64,000 bases of DNA from Squalus acanthias. Lineage: Eukaryota. Position numbers and translations under genes: made by a program. The notes under the pieces were generated by a model. It was not told the origin of the DNA. It did no database searches and worked only from the letters and a program-made list of their open reading frames with translations. The stretch covers positions 29,266,001 to 29,330,000 of the forward strand of contig CM059433.1 of the NCBI GenBank assembly GCA_030390025.1. The letters are read 5' to 3'. Positions 35,077 to 47,959 of this stretch are shown piece after piece (the stretch's first letter is position 1; each line of letters begins with the position of its first letter).

Positions 35077-36807
35077 CAGCAACAGAACTCGAGAGCAAGA
35101 AAGCAGCTCTACAGACGCCTGAAGGCCGAGGTCCAACAAAAAAGTCGCAACCTAAAGAACAGATGGTGGGTGGAGAAAGCGCAGGAGATCCAGCAGCTAG
35201 CCGACAACCACAACGTGCGTGGATTCTTTAGCGCAGTCAAGACCACCTACGGCCCAAGCACCCAAGGTCCTACCCCACTGCGGGCCAAGAACGGAGAGGT
35301 ACTCATCAATCGCCTTCTCCCAGTGGCTGAAGAGCTCCTCCCAGAGCCGCAATGCGGATTCCGCCCACTAAGGGGCACAATGGACATGATCTTCACCGCA
35401 GAGAAATACAGGGAACAGCACCAACTGCTGTACATGGCCTTCTTTGACCTCACAAAGGCCTTCAACACCGTCAACCGTGAGGGATTATGGAGTGTCCTCC
35501 TCAAATTCGGATGCCCTCAAAAGTTTGTCACCATCCTCCGCCTCCTTCACGACGACATGCAAGCCGTGATCCTGACCAACTGATCCACCACAGACCCAAT
35601 TCACGTACGGACCGGGGTCAAGCAAGGCTGTGTCATCACCCCAATGCTCTTCTCGATCTTCCTGGCTGCAATGCTCCATCTCACCCTCAGTAAGCTCCCT
35701 GCTGGAGTGAAGATAATCTACAGAACAAACGGGAAACTGTTCAACCTCCGTCATCTCCAGTCCAGATCCAAGGTTGTCCCATCCTCTGTCATTGAATTAC
35801 AGAATGCAGACGACGCTTGCGTCTGCGCACACTCTGAGGCCGAACTCCAAACCATCATCCACACCTTCACCGAAGTGTACGAGAGCATGGGCCTTACACT
35901 AAACATCTGTAAGACAAAGGTCCTCTACCAACCTGCCCCCGCCACACAGTACTGCTCCCCGATTATCAAAATCCATGATGAGGCCTTGGACAACGTGGAC
36001 CACTTTCCATACCTCGGGAGCCTACTGTCAACAAGGGCAGACGTTGATGACGAAGTCCAACACCACCTTCAGTGTGCCAGTGCAGCCTTCGGCCGCCTGA
36101 AGAAGAGAGTGTTTGAAGACCAGGACCTCAAACCCAGCACCAAGCTCATGGTCTACAGAGCAGTAGTGATACCTGCCCTCCTGTATGCTTCAGAGACATG
36201 GACCATGTACAGCAGGCACCTCAAAGCACTGGAGAGGTACCACCAACGCTGCCTTTGCAAGATCCTGTGAATCCATTGGCAGGATAGGTGCAACAACGTC
36301 AGTGTTCTTGCTCAGGCCAACATCCCCAGCATCGACGCTTTGACCACGCTCGATCAGCTCCGATGGACGGGCCACATCGTCCGCATGCCTGATACGAGAC
36401 CCCCCAAAACAAGCGCTCTACTCAGAGCTCCGACACGGCAAGAGAGCCCCAGGTGGGCAGAGGAAATGCTTCAAGGACACCCTCAAAGCCTCCTTGAAAA
36501 AGTGCAACATCCCCACGGACACCTGGGAATCTCTGGCCCAAGACCGTACAAAGTGGAGGAGCAGCATCCGGAAAGGCGCCGAACACCTCGAGTCTCTTCA
36601 CCGGGAGCAAGCGGAAGCCAAGCGCAAACAGCGGAAGGAGTGCACGTCAACCCAAGCACCCCACCCACCCGCCCCTTCAACCACCGTCTGCCCCACCTGT
36701 GACAGAGACTGTAGGTCCCGCATTGGACTCATCAGTCACCTGAGAACTCATTTTTAGTGTGGAAGCAAGTCATCCTTGGTTCCGAGGGACTGCCTAAGAA
36801 GAAGAAG
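35077..36807 (+). mobile_element. RTE-clade (BovB-like) LINE, 5'-truncated and internally deleted
   Basis: 14-bp TSD ATTACTTCAGGAAA (35063-35076, 36808-36821), (AAG)n tail, motifs QCGFRP.RGT.DMIF, FFDLTKAF, GVKQGC, NADD (decayed YADD) and C-terminal CPTC...HLRTH zinc finger. Confidence 0.92.
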
Positions 36808-37654
36808 ATTACTTCAGGAAATTTACGTACCTTTAATTCAGCTGAGTATCGGTGGAGAGGCGCTAAAGATCCAGGAAATTATGGCGTGGCGTAAGTAATG
36901 GCGCAAGTCACTTCCCCCATAATTTCCACTTTCTTTGGCGCCATTTAAACAGGCCATACCAGATGGTGTCCAGGAAATTCTGGGCCACAATATAGACAAT
37001 ATTCTTCAGTTTGGAAACAGTGTAACCGTTTATTCTCCAGTATCCCTACCTCTGCACTGCCCGTGTTCCCAGTAACAAATGAGGTGGAGCTGCATTGCTG
37101 AGGAGGAGGTGTGGCAATATTAAGGTGGCATCTAAGTGGTCATCATCAAAATTCGGAATTATTCAGGCCATTGATCTTACTCATTCCTCTGGACATTTTA
37201 AGGTACTAACTGTGCAGCACAAGTGTCCCATGGCCATGAACCTCAAAAGTAAACAAATGTTTTCGTCATGTAAATCTGATTCAATAGGCTAGGGGTTGTT
37301 AACATCCTTAGCGCATGGTTTTCTTTCAATATTTTAACAAGGCGATGTGGAGGAAACAGCCTCATCCTTTACTGTTCACAGTGAGGCCTGTTCATTGTCA
37401 ACCAAACTTCATAGGTGCTGACATGAAAGCATACTGGAAAATTGTGTTGGTGAAGTAATTTAGTCAATGGCTTGAAATGGCACATAAGGACTTTTAGGAC
37501 CAGGAAAAGGGCAGTTGACCCAATACCTTTTTGATTGATCTCTTGGGCCATGAAATGGATCAACCCCTTTGGGATCATTAACATAGAAAGACGTACATTG
37601 TATTATCGTAATGGCTGACCCAGTTCTTAAAGGATATATGTCCAAAGCATAGAA

Positions 37655-37878
37655 CTTTTTATTTTATTCATTCTTGGGATGTGGGCGTCGCTGGCAAGAC
37701 CGCCATTTATTGCCCATCCTTAGTTTCTCTTGAGAAGGTGGTGGTGAGCCACCTTCTGGAACCTCTGCAGTCTGTGTGGTGAAGGTACTCCCACAGTGCT
37801 GTTAGGGAGGGAGTTCCAGGATTTTGACCCAGCAATGATGAAGGAACGGCGATCTATGTCCAAGTCGGGATGGTGTGT
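37655..37878 (-). mobile_element. Non-LTR retrotransposon 3' end (WNSLP-type, distinct family)
   Basis: Minus-strand AGSKSWNSLPNSTVGVPSPHRLQRFQKVAHHHLL followed by a 3' UTR and A-rich tail. Confidence 0.72.
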
Positions 37879-38307
37879 TTGTTGTCCACAGTTCAACACT
37901 CGCTGACACAACATGGGCAAGATCACCAAAGAGTTTACTCCATTTTCTCTGCTTAACTTTATTTTTGGAACTAATGTAAAGAGTGAATGTAAAAACTTCA
38001 TTTAATGGAAAGGAGTATTGCAGACATGTTCTTAATTCCAGATTGTGAAGCTGATATAACTCATTCATGGAAGTAAAATCTATTTTACACAGACCTCTGT
38101 GAAAATGCCCTCTACCTGTATTGTGCTGCAAAAATAATTTGTTCCACTCCGATAACCTCAATCAATGGAGCTTAATCAGGGAGTCACCCACCTGTGAGGT
38201 TGTCCTACTTCCAAATTTGACACATCTGGGAAACCTAACTAAAAGTTGAACCAAATCCTGACCTTCAGATATATAGTTAAAGGCAACTTTCAACTGTAAT
38301 ATTTCTA

Positions 38308-38735
38308 AAAGGCTAAAAGGGTTAAATTATGAGGACATGTTGCATAGACTAAGGTTGTATTTCCTTGAGAGTATTTAAGATGAATAAAGGATTTGATAGT
38401 GTAGCTAGAGAGAAGCTATTTCCTCTGGTGGGGGAGTCCAGAACAAGGGGGCATAGCCTTAAAATTAGAGCTAGGCCGTTCAGGGGTGATGTCAGGAAGC
38501 ACTTCTTCACACAAAGTGTAGTGGAAATTTGGAACTCTCTCCCCCAGAAAGCTTTGAGGTTGGGGGGTCAATTGAAAATTTCAAAACTGAGATCGATAGC
38601 TTTTTGTTAGGCAAGGGTACTAAGGGGTACGGAACCAAGGCGGGTAAATAGAGCGATGATACAGATTAACCATGATCTAACTGAATTGCGGAACAGGCTC
38701 GATGGGCTGAATGGCCTACTTCTGTTCCTATTTTT
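38308..38735 (+). mobile_element. CR1 3' fragment
   Basis: KGFD..LFPLVGESRTRGHSLKI..FFTQSVVEIWNSLP plus CR1 3' UTR. Confidence 0.88.
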
Positions 38736-39036
38736 CCAATATAATTTGTTTTAACAAAACAAACAAGGTAAGAAAAGACCCGCAAGGCTGATGCAGGGTT
38801 TAAGTTGGGAGTCCTGGCTGATTATGAGTGACTAACATCAGTTAGTAAAGTGGTGCAAGTACAGTTGGCTGTGAGCAGAGATGGCTTTTGCAAGATAAAC
38901 CTGGAGGAAATAATGGAAAATAACCACTGGTGTCACAATTTGCAGAATATTGAACTCAAATCAACATGAAATCCCCTTTCACAAAACATTGCAACTTCAC
39001 AGCTCGCAGCCTAAGGAGAAATAACTTTAAGGTCAT

Positions 39037-39212
39037 AACAACAACAGCAACTTGTATTTATATAGTGCTTTTAATGTAGTAAAAATGTCCCAAGGCGCTT
39101 CACAGGAGCGTTATCAGACAAAGAAAGACTTGCATATACAAGACAAGACAAGATTTGACAGAGTCACATAAGGAGATATCAAAATAGGTGATCAAAAGCT
39201 TGGTCAAAGAGA
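39037..39212 (-). mobile_element. L2 3' terminal fragment
   Basis: aacaacaacagcaacttgtatttatatagtgc... is the reverse complement of the L2 tail. Confidence 0.78.
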
Positions 39213-41742
39213 ATGTCACGTGGATTTTCACAGATTCTGGTAATTTATTAAGAATCCTTCAGGGTCGCAGAGTGAAAAAACGGATGATAATGTGTTTTTA
39301 GGTCTTTTTATTCTGGGTATTTTTGATTTCTGTGCCTCAGAATAGCCTTGCAGGTGAGTCTGTGCAGCTTACCTCCTTTCAGAGTGTTTACACTTGCCCT
39401 GATATCTAGGTAAGTTTGATCAGTGTGTCTGTTGACAGCACTGTGTCAGCCAATGAGTTGGAGGGGAGGTGGGACTTATGGCAATAGTCTATTTTACAGA
39501 AAAACAGAATCTATTATCTACGAACTACAGCAAACAGAACCCGTGACCGGAACTACAGCAACGTCTCCTGCTAAAAACAGGGTGATTTCTCCAGCAAAAT
39601 GCAGTGAGTGGAGGATAGTTACATAATACAAACTATGTGCGTAAAATCAATCCCTTCTTTAGATTGCTTGAACTATTAGGGGGTTAAATTGGATAGCCCC
39701 CGAAAACGGGCGCGATGATTGCAAAGTGCTATTAAACCGTGCCCGTTGATTGCAATGTAGGCAGCACGCCAACTTCGTGCTGCCTGCTCATTTCAATGAT
39801 CTAAGCGTCCAGCCAGTGCTAATCGTGCTGTTCATTGGCTGGACGCATTAGTAGGGGGCCAATATTGTGAGAGGCTAGCACCAGTTAAAGCTAGCCTGCA
39901 CTGCTTAAAGCTAAAATTTAATTCCAAAATAACAACTTTAAAGGTTCAATTGTCAAGTTTGTGGCTCTTATAAATCCTGCACTGACTGTCCGTGCTTATT
40001 AATTCGGATAAAGTAACACAGTTGCTTTTTTAAAAAAAAAGGGAGGTGCATTGTGGCTGGAGCAGGTGCTGGGAGTTGTGGTTGAAGAGATTCTGACCTG
40101 GGAAAGAATGAGGAATGGCACAACAGGGGAGAGAATGGGCCCCAAGGTTTTTGGATGCTGCACTAGAGGTCTTGGTGGAGGAGGTGGAAAGGAGCAGAGA
40201 TGTCCTGTATCCACAGGAGGGGTGGAGGCCCTCCAGACATACGGTCAAAAGGCATTGGGATCAAATAGCTGTGGAGGTCAATGCCAGGACTCAAGCCGCA
40301 AGAAGTTCAGTGACCTCACACGAGTGCTCAAGGTCAGTGAATGCATCTTCAAATACCATATCCTACCAACTGCACCACTAGCCTCAGCCACTGCTCAAAT
40401 CGCTATACCACCAACACTCACCTACCAACAATCTCTATCATCAGGACTCCTACCTAACATTCATAGCTTCACCTCTCCCTCACACACTTAGCACTGCTGC
40501 AAGCATCACACCCACATCTCACAGCGTGCACACACTGCCAGCTATTCAACCATGACAGGAACATCACCCACACAGATTGCACCACACTCACTGGCACACT
40601 TCCCTCTCTCTTGCAGGAGAAGGTGGCGCACAACCGGAGGCAGCAAGAGCTAACCGGAGGGGGACTGGCGCGCCTGCATGTCCTAACCCCATGGAGGGGA
40701 CGGTGTTGGCCATTATTGGGATGGCCATTTCTGAGGCCATGGCTAGCAGCAGGGCTGAAACCATCGAAGGTGATGGTACCCTCACACCTAATCCTTCTTC
40801 TCACATTCCACTTCCCTCACATCCCACACTCTCTTTTGATTTACAAGCTGCAGATGGTGTAAGCATGCACCTCTTACTTTCCCCTCTTCCCCACACCACC
40901 ACCTTACCCTTGTGCCTTTTTCCTTCAAATCCAAGAGGTGCAACCTTGCCAGGCAGTGGAGGAGCACCATGATGAGAGTGATGATGAAGACACACCATCA
41001 CTTGATTTCACACTTGCAGCCACCAACTCAGATACTGGCATTCCGCCTATCTTAGAGGATGGATTCGAGGCAGGATCTGCACGTGGTGAGGCACCGGGCA
41101 CAAGTGCGCTGCAGCCAGGGCAGGGGGCAAGGATAGCGCAGGTGCCAGCTCCCCAGAAGGCGAGGTCGTAGATGGGTTCCGCTGTAGAGGACTCAGATGA
41201 AGACTTTGATGGGGAAGCCTACAGAAGAACACTGGTGGATATTCACAACAAAATGCTTGGTGCATTGGGAAGCCTATCAGAAAGCAACGTGCAATGTCAA
41301 GGAGCATGGCGGAGTCTAGCACCAACTTGGCACAGGGCTTTGCGCAGAGCTAGGAGTCCATCCTTTCCAGCATGGAAGTGGTGGCCATCTCCATTTGCAC
41401 ACTTACGGACCCAACCATGATGCAGCGTCTGATGGGTGATGTTACAGCTTCCATTGCAGCACAAGCAGCAGCCACCCAGCATCTGAGTGCTGCAGTGGAA
41501 GCTCAGCTTGCTGCCATGCAAGCTCAGACTGCTGCCATCATGGCTGTGGATTACAGTGTGCAAAGGGGTCTGCAGGGTGTCACAGCAGTCCAGCAATCTG
41601 TCCCCCAACAGATTACTAGGATTGTTGAGGCGCAGCCCGGGGGAGTGGCAGTGACTCCATGGAGCACAAACCTACTGTCCTCTCTCAGGAAGACAGCATT
41701 CGTCTCCCACCCCTGCCATTCTGCCAGTGTCCTTGCTGTTGC

Positions 41743-42998
41743 CTCATCTACATGCTGCCCCTCGGCGACATCATCCAAAAACACAGCATCAGTTTTCACA
41801 TGTACGCCGACGACACCCATCTCTACCTCAGCATCACTTCTCTTGACCCCTCCACTGTCTCTAAATTGTCAGACTGCTTGACCGACATCCAGTACTGGAT
41901 GAGCAGAAATTTCCTCCAACTAAATATTGGGAAGACTGAAGCCATTGTTTTCAGTCCCTGCTACAAACTCCATTCCCTAGTCACAGACTCCATCCCTCTC
42001 CCTAGCATCTGTCTGAGGCTGAACCACACTGTTCGCAACCTTGGTGTCATATTTGACCCTGAAATGAGCTTCCGACCACATATCCGCGGCATAACAAAGA
42101 CTGCCTTTTTCCACCTCTGTAACATCGTCTGACTCCACCTCTGCCTCAGCTCATCTGCTGCTGAAACTTTCATCCATGCCTTTGTTACCTCTAGACTTGA
42201 CTATTCCAACGCCTTCCTGGCTGGCCTTCCACATTCTACCCTATTTGAGGTCATCCAAAACTCGGCTGCTCGTGTCCTAACTCGCACCAAGTCCCGTTCA
42301 CCCATCATTGGCTCCCAGTTAAGCAACGCCTTCATTTTAAAAGGGCGCGACTGCTGCAAACGAACCGGAAGCTGCATAGAGGCGTTCTGCGCATGCGCGC
42401 TTCCGGCTCATTACAGGAGCGGGCTCGTTTAAAAAAAAAAAATGTTAAATGCTGGGAGGGAGCGGGTTTTGGGCGGAAATGCTGGGGAGGGAGCGGGCTC
42501 GTGTAAAAAAACCAGAAACATCATGCTTCCGGTTCCAGATAAATGTGCAGTACGCTTCTGTGCAGCTTCCAGTCGTTGGCAGCAGTCACTCCGATTTTAA
42601 AATTCTCATCCTTGTTTTCAGATTCCTCCATGGCCTCGCCCCTCCCTTTCTCTGCAATCTCCTTCAGCCCCACAACCCCCCCGAGATATCTGCGCTCCTC
42701 TAATTCTGGCCTCTTGAGCATCCCTGATTTTAGTTGCTCCACCATTGGTGGCCGTGCCTTCAGCTGCCAAGGCCCTAAGCTCTGGAATTCCCTCCCTAAG
42801 CCTCTCCGCCTTGCTACCTCTCTTTCCTCCTTTAAGATGCTCCTTAAAACCTACCTCTTTGACCAAGCTTTTGGTCATCTGCCCTAATTTCTCCTTATGT
42901 GGCTTGGTGTCAAATTTTGTTTTATAACACTCCTGTGAAGCGCCTTGAGACGTTTTACTACGTTAAAGGCGCTATATAAATACAAGTTGTTGTTGTTG
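41743..42998 (+). mobile_element. L2 LINE 3' part nested in Harbinger
   Basis: IYMLPLGDII..HMYADDTHLYL, TIGGRAFSCQGPKLWNSLP, (TTG)n tail. Confidence 0.93.
42343..42593. mobile_element. 251-bp MITE with long TIRs and 9-bp TSD (Mutator-like)
   Basis: ATTTTAAAA duplicated at 42334-42342 and 42594-42602; ~55-bp imperfect TIRs. L2 sequence is collinear with the 29127-29160 copy once the insert is removed. Confidence 0.72.
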
Positions 42999-43409
42999 TC
43001 AGCTAGCTGCCCCAGTCTGCTGCCACCCATACCGAGATGGTGCAGTCCGCAGCTGGGCCTTCTAGGTTCAGAGTTGCTCGAGGTCATCCTCCAAGGTCAT
43101 CTGCTGTGTCCTCCACTGGAAGTTAATAGCCTTCCACTAGCCATGCTGCAGCCACTGTGGTAGCATTGCATAGGAGCACTAAGACAGCCAAAGGCACAAG
43201 GAAGACAGGCACTGAGGGAATGCACAAGGGTGATTAGTTGACTTTTGTATGCACTATGGCATGATTTCATTTGTACATTTGATTTGGAATGTTTATTTTG
43301 TGGTGGCTTTTATTTTTGCATTGTGGCCAAGCAGACGCTGTGATGGTCAGTGACAGAGGGAAGGTAAGGTGTGGGACTGTTGGTAATTGGGGTTACGGTT
43401 ACTGGTATT

Positions 43410-43604
43410 GCACTCAGATAAGTCGATCACGTACAGCCCAGGCAGAAAGGGGCTGTCTGGGTTGCCTCCTCCCTTGCTCACCCTCCTCTTTGTCCTCTTC
43501 CTCCTCCTCCTCCCTCTTCCAGCAGCTTGTCCTCCTCTGCCTGGCCTCTGTTTATTCTCCAAGTCATGCTCTATTCCAAGGAGAATGACTACCAGTGCAT
43601 CCAT
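43410..43604 (-). pseudogene. Harbinger transposase remnant (N-terminus fused to acidic C-terminus)
   Basis: MDALVVILLGIEHDLE...GRGRRR runs into a purine tract that in another frame reads EEEEEDKEE..PLSAWAVRDRLI, like the C-terminus of the transposase at 53626-54159. No DDE core. Confidence 0.5.
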
Positions 43605-44552
43605 GTCTGGCAGTAAGTGATTTGTGCAGAAGCCTTGAAGTCAGCAAAAAGCCCTTCAGCACCAGCCGCTCCACTCCCTGTAGACTTTTACAACTTGAAG
43701 CAACTATAGAAAGCACCAAACACTTTTAGAATCGTACCAACAGCCAGAAGAAATCAACCAGCAACCAACCTGTATGTCATTGATCATCCCTTTAAATAGC
43801 GCTGGTGGGGTGTCCTTCATGCTACTTAACGTGTGTTCAGCTCTGCGAGGTTAAGAGAGAGGGTTGGCTGGATCATTGAGCTCCAAAATGGCATCGCTGG
43901 CGTCAAATCAGCGTTGCACTGCTCTGCATACTTTTGGTGGATGTTAGCTGCGCGTGCACCAACGTCCTCACCAATATGGCATCCGGTGCGATTCGCCCCA
44001 CAAATGTGCACGTGCGGATCCGACGCCATTTTGGAACCCAGACGGCACCTGCAACACCCAAACAATGGGCGCTACCGATCCCAATTTTGCCCCATTAGTG
44101 TCTCCACAGGATCCTCCTCGTTTTGACACGCCACAGAATGTCAATACACTAGACCTTGTTTTCAGCTTTAACTGCCAAACAAACTTATTGAACAAAACAT
44201 AGATTAATCTTAACATACATTTCACAATACACAAACGTTGCTAACTCCTCGGATAGTGATAAATGATAAATTGTTCGCAGCTCTGCTGAACTAATTGTAA
44301 TCAACCTTCTTACGTAGCCTGGTGTCACCCGCCATGTGCTACTTGCGTGAGTCTCTGAGGGAGGAGGCCGGATGCCTGGCATGTGCTGGTGACCTGAGAT
44401 ATGACCACCTCAGGCAGGTGTACTTCAGCCATTGCCATCTCACTGGGCCCTGGCTCTGTGACCCCACTGATTAGAGGCTATCAGATCTCGAAAGCCCCGA
44501 GAGACAGCAGCCTGTGTCCCAGCCCTTAGGGGAGATATATATAGCATCATAG

Positions 44553-44928
44553 AATGATTCTCCTTAGAGCAGAGAAGGTTAAGAGGAGATTTGTTGGAGG
44601 TGTTCAAATCGTGAATTGTTTTGATAGAGTAAATATTTCCAGTGGTGGAAGGGCCGGTAACCAGAGCAAAAGAACCAGAGGCGAAATGAGGAAACATTTT
44701 TTAACGCAGCGAATTGTTATGATCTGGAACGTGCTGCGTGAAAGGGTGGTGAAAGCAAATTCAATGATAACTTTCGAAAGGGAATTCGATAAATACTTGA
44801 AGGGGAGTAAATTTGTGGGGCTGTGGGGAAAGAGCAGGGGGAGTGGGACTAATTGGAGAGCTCTATCAAAGAGCCGGCACAGGCTTGATGGGCCGAATGA
44901 CCTCCTTCTGTGCTGTATAATTCTATGA
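44553..44928 (+). mobile_element. CR1 3' fragment
   Basis: TRGEMRKHFLTQRIVMIWN..FEREFDKYL plus 3' UTR. Confidence 0.85.
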
Positions 44929-46494
44929 TACAGCACAGAAGGAGGGGGGTCGGCCCATCGTGCCTGTGCTGGCACTATATATCTGCCAACTCGGAAATAT
45001 TTGGATCTGATTGCGGTGTCTTTCCGCATTGAATAGTGTGCATTCATATGTTCTAATTGGCTCCTAAAACCAGCGGGCATTAGTTGCGAGTGAGAATTGG
45101 TTTTGGTTCATGTAAAGCACTTCAGTCAGACACATAAAGGGGACGAGTCTTTTGCTGAACAGTGCGCGTAAAGCACGTCGACCTTATTGATCTGATTGAC
45201 TGTACGTGCGGTGCACGGGGGTGTGCAGCTGGTTACGGCTATCGGCGCTGCTCGTGATTTGCCGCTGTGCTCGCTGCGGCACTTTTTGAATTAGAACGGC
45301 TGGGGAAGGGCGGAATGTGGAGCTAGTCATCACCAACGAGATCGGCAAAGTTTATGGTCTGTGTCGGCCACCGAAGGAAAATCGGGCCAACGCACCATGG
45401 CACCACAGAACAATGCAGCACAGAAGGAGGCCATTTGGCCCATCGTGCCTGTGTCGGCTCTTTGGTAGAGCTATCCAATTAGTCCCACTCCCCCTGAGCT
45501 GGCTTGGGTGCTGCTTTCCCCAGGCTGTAATGGCGGGTAGGGGAGTGCTAGGCCACTATCTGTGGCCAGAAACTCTCTCTAAGTTGAAAGAGAAAGAGAA
45601 AACACATATATGCCAGCTGGTTATCTCATGCAGGAACCCGACTGCTGGCGAACTATGCAATGATCTAGTACTGGGGAGGACTATGTGGCAGTGGCCAATG
45701 CTGCTATCTAGACGCGAAGGGGTGGATAGATGCCAGGCACTCTTACAGTTCACGATGTGCCTGTCGGATCCATATAAGGCAACTCTGAGTACCAGTGCAG
45801 ACAGGATTTGAATCTGCCTTTACAAATACCCAAATTGTGCACCTTTTTGAAGTTAAATTTTAAGACTGATTTCAACCCGTAAGTCAGATACCACAGGTGG
45901 GAAAGGGTTGGGTTGTTGGGTGGGCCTGATGACATAATCGGCACCATGACTTAAATTTAACTGGAAGCGAGGGGTAGGCCTGAGCTGTGGGATTCCCGGC
46001 AGCTGAACTGAGGCGGGAGCTGCTGACACCCCAAGGTTATTGGCACTTTCAGCACTCCTTGTGGCCAGGAGGAGCAGGAATGCTCCACCCACAGACCTCA
46101 CAAGAAAGCCTTCGGCCTCCCTTCAGCCCTGATCTTTGCTCAGAGCCTTCTGCTCCCCCCACCCCCTCCACCCAGACCCCGATCTCCAGAGACCATCGGC
46201 ACGACAACAGTTTTCCCTCCTACCTGCCGGACAATATCCATAATAAAAGCTGCATTATTAAAGTTCCCCTGACATATGAAACACAAAAGCATTTGTACGT
46301 GAAGCACAAAGTTTTCCAAAGTTTTCCACAGAATGTCCTCCGATCGTTCCCTCGTAACTTAAGTGTAACTCACAATATCTCAGAAAGTTACCAGACCATT
46401 TTCCTTGTGAAGTCACTGTACAGTTATCTGGTGCAGCACTTACATTAGAGTAGATTGCTATGTCACGGCCAATGACATGGTAAGAAAGAATAGA

Positions 46495-46820
46495 AGAATT
46501 TGCATTTATTCATGCCGTAGCAATGCCTCAGAGCATCCCAAATTGCTGAAAACTGATAAATTACTTTTGAAGTCTAGTCACTGTTGTAAAGTAGGAAAAT
46601 GCAGCAGCCCGGTTTTCACATAGCAAGATCCCATGAACAGCAAATGAGATCAATGACCAAATGAACTGTTTTTGGTGGTGCTGGTTGAGTGATAAATGTC
46701 GGCCAGGACATGGGGAGAACTTCCTGCTCTTCTTCAAATAGTGCCATGGGATCTTTAACATCAACCTGAACAGGCAGAGGGGGCCTCGAGTTCAATGTCT
46801 CGTGAAGCAGAAGTTCCGAA
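46495..46820 (-). mobile_element. Deu-SINE fragment
   Basis: Reverse complement of the SINE body and tail. Confidence 0.72.
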
Positions 46821-46984
46821 CAGTATGCTGTTTGTGGGGGCAAGGTAATTTCGCCGGGATCCCTGGGGCTTAGCTGAGTCAGAGATGTCAAGGTTACTGG
46901 CTAAGTGGAGTGGTCATCTTGCAGTGTTGCACCATTGGCACTTGTGGGGCTATAGAGGTGCTATTGTTAATTTGTCACCCCTTC

Positions 46985-47387
46985 TACTTTTTAAAGTGTA
47001 GTCACTGTTGTAATGTAGGAAAAGTGGCAGCAATTTTTGCGCACAGCAAGGTCCCAGAAACATAATGTGATGATGATCATATAATCTGTTTTAGTGATGT
47101 TGGTTGAGGGATAAATATTGGCCAGAACTCTGGGGGGGAACTCTCCTGCTCATCTTCCAATAGTGGCCATGGGATCTTTTGCATTCATCTGAGAGGGTAG
47201 ACGGGGCCTTGGTTTAACATTTCATACGAAAAATGGCAAACTCCGACAGTGCAGCGCTCCCTCAGTACTGCACTCCCTCAGTACTGCACTAGCGTATGAG
47301 CCTACATTTTGTCTGTGGGGTAGATCTTGAACCTATGACCTTCTGACTCTGAGGCGTGAGTGCAACCCATTGAGCCTCAGCTGACAC
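46985..47387 (-). mobile_element. Deu-SINE
   Basis: Reverse complement of the SINE body through the tRNA head (tgagcctcagctgacac); internal 16-bp tandem duplication ctccctcagtactgca. Confidence 0.8.
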
Positions 47388-47959
47388 AATTCACAAAAAT
47401 CTTTAACTACTGAAGGTGTTTGCAGCAAAAATAATCTGTCACTTCACATTTCCTATAGATGTCATTTCAAGAAACAAACCACAAGAAGTATATACCCATT
47501 TGGAGTTAATATTCCAGTCCTTAACATTAATAGATGAGATTCAATGAATAAATTTAATACAAAAATACAACTTTGAGTTGAATAATAATTGCTCAACATT
47601 TTTTATCTTGTTTTTCACTGTTATTAATGACCAAAGCTCATCCGCACTACCTCTCTGAACAACAGGGGATTCATAAGAATTTTCATAACCCACTGCTAAG
47701 GACTTAGAAGATTCAACCGTAAGATACTTCTGTAATCAAAGGTCCAAAAAACTCATCTACTTGAGGCTCAGCATTAAGTTGATCAAGGGTGAGTAGCGCT
47801 TGCTTCTAGCTGTCAGGAACAGCAGAAATAATCTGCTCTAACTGAGACTGCTCTAACTGGCTCATACATAAATATCACATCTACTGTACTTCAATTTCTC
47901 TCTTCAAAAAGGCGCTCATGCCTTCACTATCGCTTTTAGAAATCAAACAGCTACAAATA

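Larger units (their letters stand above)
40115..43237 (+). pseudogene. Harbinger Myb/SANT-like DNA-binding protein gene, disrupted
   Basis: APRFLDAALEVLVEEV...WDQIAVEVNA...RKKFSDL|gtcagt (exon 1 ends 40332); exon 2 from 40617 EKVAHNRRQQELTGGG; frameshifts, stops and an L2 insertion in exon 3. The 3' boundary is approximate. Confidence 0.75.
39679..44094. mobile_element. PIF/Harbinger transposon, deletion derivative, with nested L2 and MITE
   Basis: TIRs GGGGGTTAAATTGGA / CCCAATTTTGCCCCA, TTA TSD (39676-39678, 44095-44097), convergent Myb/SANT gene (+) and transposase remnant (-). Confidence 0.85.

Noticed and set aside
37460..38161. Minus-strand ORFs in apparently unique sequence
   Set aside because: No recognisable homology or consistent splice-site pair, and one runs into a LINE fragment.
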